Positions 61,594-64,000 of a DNA stretch of 64,000 nt are shown here, in pieces. The stretch comes from Candidatus Brocadiia bacterium (GTDB lineage Bacteria > Planctomycetota > Brocadiia > CAIUPP01), in assembly GCA_050015075.1 (NCBI GenBank), contig JBEKCB010000009.1, positions 39,386 through 103,385 of the forward strand, written 5' to 3'. Positions within the stretch are counted from its first letter, which is position 1. Each line of letters opens with the position of its first letter. Made by a program: the position numbers and the translations under genes. The notes beneath the pieces are model-generated. The model did no database searches. It was given only the letters and a program-made list of their open reading frames with translations, and had not been told where the DNA came from.

Positions 61594-62673
61594 ATGCCCA
61601 CGCAGCCCAACGCCTCGCGACCGCCTCTTCCGCGTCCGTATCCGCTCCCGGCGCTGCCGCCGGACCGGTTCTACGTCGAGCCCTACACGCCGCAGGAGGT
61701 CGGGTTCGGCCAGCTCGTCCTCGTCGAGGATTCCGACCCCTTCGACCGCTACACCTATCGCTGCAAGGCGATCCAGTACGCGGGCAAGACCGCCTTCCAG
61801 ACGGTGCAGATCGGCGACACCTACAACTACGGCCGCGTGCTGATGCTCGACGGCGCCATCCAGAGTTCCGCCGACGACGAAGCGCTCTACCACGAACTGC
61901 TCGTGCAGCCGGCGATGCTGCGCTCGCCCGAGCCGCGCGACGTGCTCATCATCGGCGGCGGCGAGGGCGCCTCGCTGCGCGAAGTCCTCGCCCACGGCGC
62001 CGTGCGCTCCGCAACGATGGTGGATATTGATCCGGAAGTCGTCGCGCTTTGCCGCGAGCACCTGCCCACCTGGCACCAAGGCGCGTTCCAGGACCCGCGC
62101 ACGCGGCTCGTCCACGCCGACGGCCGCGCTTTCGTCGAGGGCGAAAACCAGCGCTACGACGTGGTGATCGTGGACGTGGTGGACATGCTCGAAAACGGCC
62201 CGGCCGAGAAGCTCTACACGCGGCAGTTCTACGAACTCCTCCGCAAGCGCCTCAAGCCCGACGGCATCATCGCGGTGCAGGCGCTGGAGTTCTCCTTCGC
62301 CGACGACCGCCCGCACGCCGCGCTCGCGCGCACGCTGCGCACCGTCTTCCCCGAAGTCCACAGCTACCGCGCGCTCATCCCCTCGTTCCTCGGCTCATGG
62401 GGATTCCTCATCGCCAGCGACTGGCTCCGCCCCGCCGAGATGCGCAGCGAGGACCTCGACCGCGCCATCGAGAACCGCCTCGGCAGTATATGGATGGAGC
62501 ACCTTACCGGCGATTACCTCAAGTCGTGCTTCATCATGGACAAGGAGACCCAGTTCCTCCTGTCGCTGTCCGGCCCGATCCTCGAAGACGGCACGCCGTT
62601 CGTCCTGCCGCCGGAGATTCAGGACGTCGAGCCGCCCTTCGCGCAGTTCCCGGCGAAGAAGCCGGAGGAATGA
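61594..62673 (+). CDS. speE: Spermidine synthase (polyamine aminopropyltransferase) with N- and C-terminal extensions
   Basis: GRVLMLDGAIQSSADDEALYHELLV, VLIIGGGEGASLREVL, MVDIDPEVV, VIVDVVD. Confidence 0.85.
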   Translation: MPTQPNASRPPLPRPYPLPALPPDRFYVEPYTPQEVGFGQLVLVEDSDPFDRYTYRCKAIQYAGKTAFQTVQIGDTYNYGRVLMLDGAIQSSADDEALYHELLVQPAMLRSPEPRDVLIIGGGEGASLREVLAHGAVRSATMVDIDPEVVALCREHLPTWHQGAFQDPRTRLVHADGRAFVEGENQRYDVVIVDVVDMLENGPAEKLYTRQFYELLRKRLKPDGIIAVQALEFSFADDRPHAALARTLRTVFPEVHSYRALIPSFLGSWGFLIASDWLRPAEMRSEDLDRAIENRLGSIWMEHLTGDYLKSCFIMDKETQFLLSLSGPILEDGTPFVLPPEIQDVEPPFAQFPAKKPEE

Positions 62674-63614
62674 GAACGGCTATTGCGGAACGCGGAATGA
62701 ACGAAAATAATTCATCTCCTGTCAATCCACCTTCCGAAATCAATCCTCAATCCGCAACCTGCATTCCACAATCGTCCGTGGCATTGCGGATCCGCTTTCT
62801 CCCGGCCGCGCCGCCGGGAGCGAAAGTCCTCGCCCGGTTCCGCGATCCGTATGACCGTGTCGCCGTTGCGGAGACGATCCCGCTCGGCCAGCTTCCGCCC
62901 GCGGCCGACGCGGCCGAGCCGTTCGACGATCTCCATTTTCTCTTCCTGCCGAGCGGCTCGACGAACACGCCGTACGAGCAGCAGAAGCGTGGCGAGGACT
63001 GGATGCAGGCGCCGCCCGGCGATCCGTTCGCCGTCCCGCCGATTGACCTGACGCTCCGCAACGACCGCCTCCTCTGGCGCCCGGGCCGCGCACTTGTGCT
63101 CGGCGCGCCCGACCGCATGGACGAAATCCTGACCGCGATCGTCCACTTCGCCTTCTACGAAGGCGAGATGCGCCGCCTCGAACAGGAAATCCGCGAGGAC
63201 TGGCCGCTCGTCGAGAAGGACCTGCCGCTCACCCACCAGGTCGGCGCCGCCGACCTCGCGCGCTGGCCCGACGCGAACCGGATGGTGCGGCTCACCGCCC
63301 TGCGCCGGGTTCGCCTCACGCGGCTCGACCTTTACCTTTCCAAAGTCCCCGCGCAGCTCACCGGCAACGTCCGCAAAGTCTACGCCGAACTGCTGCTCTG
63401 GTGCGCCGAGCTGCCCGACCGCTACATCGCCCTGGACGACCAGATCGAGATTTACGAGGACCTTTACGAATCCGCCAACGACCGCCTCAGCGAATACGCC
63501 TATTTCCGCAAGGAATTCATCATCGAGGCGTGGATCGTCGTCATCCTCGCGCTCGAACTCGCCGCCGTCATCGTCGAACTTGTCGTGACCGTAAAAGAAT
63601 CCGGCGCGCCGTAG
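62670..63614 (+). CDS. Hypothetical protein with a C-terminal TM helix, translationally coupled (ATGA) to speE
   Basis: C-terminal part of track ORF 62049..63614. GGAGGAA SD inside the speE 3' end. The C-terminus DRLSEYAYFRKEFIIEAWIVVILALELAAVIVEL loosely recalls DUF155/RMD1-type tails (recall only). Confidence 0.6.
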   Translation: MRTAIAERGMNENNSSPVNPPSEINPQSATCIPQSSVALRIRFLPAAPPGAKVLARFRDPYDRVAVAETIPLGQLPPAADAAEPFDDLHFLFLPSGSTNTPYEQQKRGEDWMQAPPGDPFAVPPIDLTLRNDRLLWRPGRALVLGAPDRMDEILTAIVHFAFYEGEMRRLEQEIREDWPLVEKDLPLTHQVGAADLARWPDANRMVRLTALRRVRLTRLDLYLSKVPAQLTGNVRKVYAELLLWCAELPDRYIALDDQIEIYEDLYESANDRLSEYAYFRKEFIIEAWIVVILALELAAVIVELVVTVKESGAP

Positions 63615-63739
63615 ATCCGTCCTGCGCGTCTTTCGCCTTTGCCGTACCTCTTTTCGTATCCCCTCCGACGCGTCGTTGCATTCTCTTTCGCCGCCGACTA
63701 AACTGGAAGTTGCGCTGCACGGACACTGAGGGGAAGTGA

Positions 63740-64000
63740 ATGAAGGGCGGCGATCATGAGGATTTTCGGCGGCTAGCGGCGGAGGCGGTCCTGAAGAACC
63801 TGAAGGCGCTGGCCGCGCAGATTCCGGGCGTGCGCGCGCGGCGCGGGTCGGAGCCGGTGCATGACCTGCGCGTGGCGTCGCGGCGCGTGCGGACGGCGCT
63901 GCGGCTGCTCGACGATGCCGCGCCCTCGAAGCGTTACCGCCGATGGGACCGCGAATTGAAGCGCCTGGCCTCCGCGCTCAGCCGCGCGCGCGACACGGAC
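63740..64000 (+). CDS. CHAD-domain protein (3' end beyond the window)
   Basis: My own translation: MKGGDHEDFRRLAAEAVLKNL...EPVHDLRVASRRVRTALRLL...LSRARDTD. The HDLRVxxRRxR and RDxD motifs are typical of CHAD. Confidence 0.7.
   Translation, partial: MKGGDHEDFRRLAAEAVLKNLKALAAQIPGVRARRGSEPVHDLRVASRRVRTALRLLDDAAPSKRYRRWDRELKRLASALSRARDTD

Noticed and set aside
62049-63614. 521-aa plus-strand ORF treated as one protein
   Set aside because: The N-terminal part is an alternative frame over speE. The real gene starts at the ATGA overlap at 62670.

Overview
High-GC bacterial chromosomal segment; G+C was judged by eye and nothing was computed. All coordinates, alignments and motif matches were read by hand from the sequence and ORF track, so treat them as +/- a few nt. 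I call about 65 protein genes and one tRNA-Gly(CCC).

Most of the window is housekeeping:
- mutL, pheA, tpiA-secG, pyrE, yicC-gmk-rpoZ, and a split coaC/coaB.
- An archaeal-type aroA'/aroB' pair.
- etfBA plus an acyl-CoA dehydrogenase.
- Two pilT paralogs.
- An almost complete dcw cluster, mraZ through ftsQ.
- clpB, rpsU and speD-speE.

The gene content is compatible with a PVC/Planctomycetota-like organism: no ftsA/ftsZ after ftsQ, plus sialate O-acetylesterase, DUF4432 and a FliA-type sigma factor. This taxonomic reading is inference only.

Signals worth a second look:
1. A family of long intergenic palindromes whose arms are short tandem repeats. Four copies of a (GTCCTC)n type share a conserved loop, and one of them exactly fills the gap of a split coaBC. 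There are also unrelated CACAGAT-, CCAACG- and heptamer-based relatives.
2. A visibly more AT-rich accessory stretch at about 16.9-23.4 kb. Three consecutive unrelated genes (GT-C-like membrane/TPR protein, ATP-grasp-like protein, unknown 160-aa protein) are each preceded by a copy of the same roughly 150-200 bp cassette ending in a sigma70-like promoter. This is the best candidate here for an undescribed co-regulated module.
3. An etfB-etfA pair split by a 344-bp spacer that carries a duplicated promoter module and a 3x direct repeat.
4. A DUF4160/DUF2442 pair whose first gene appears leaderless with a non-AUG start.

No CRISPR array, integrase, transposase or rRNA was seen. Many long ORFs in the track are antisense or out-of-frame artefacts of high G+C and were rejected.
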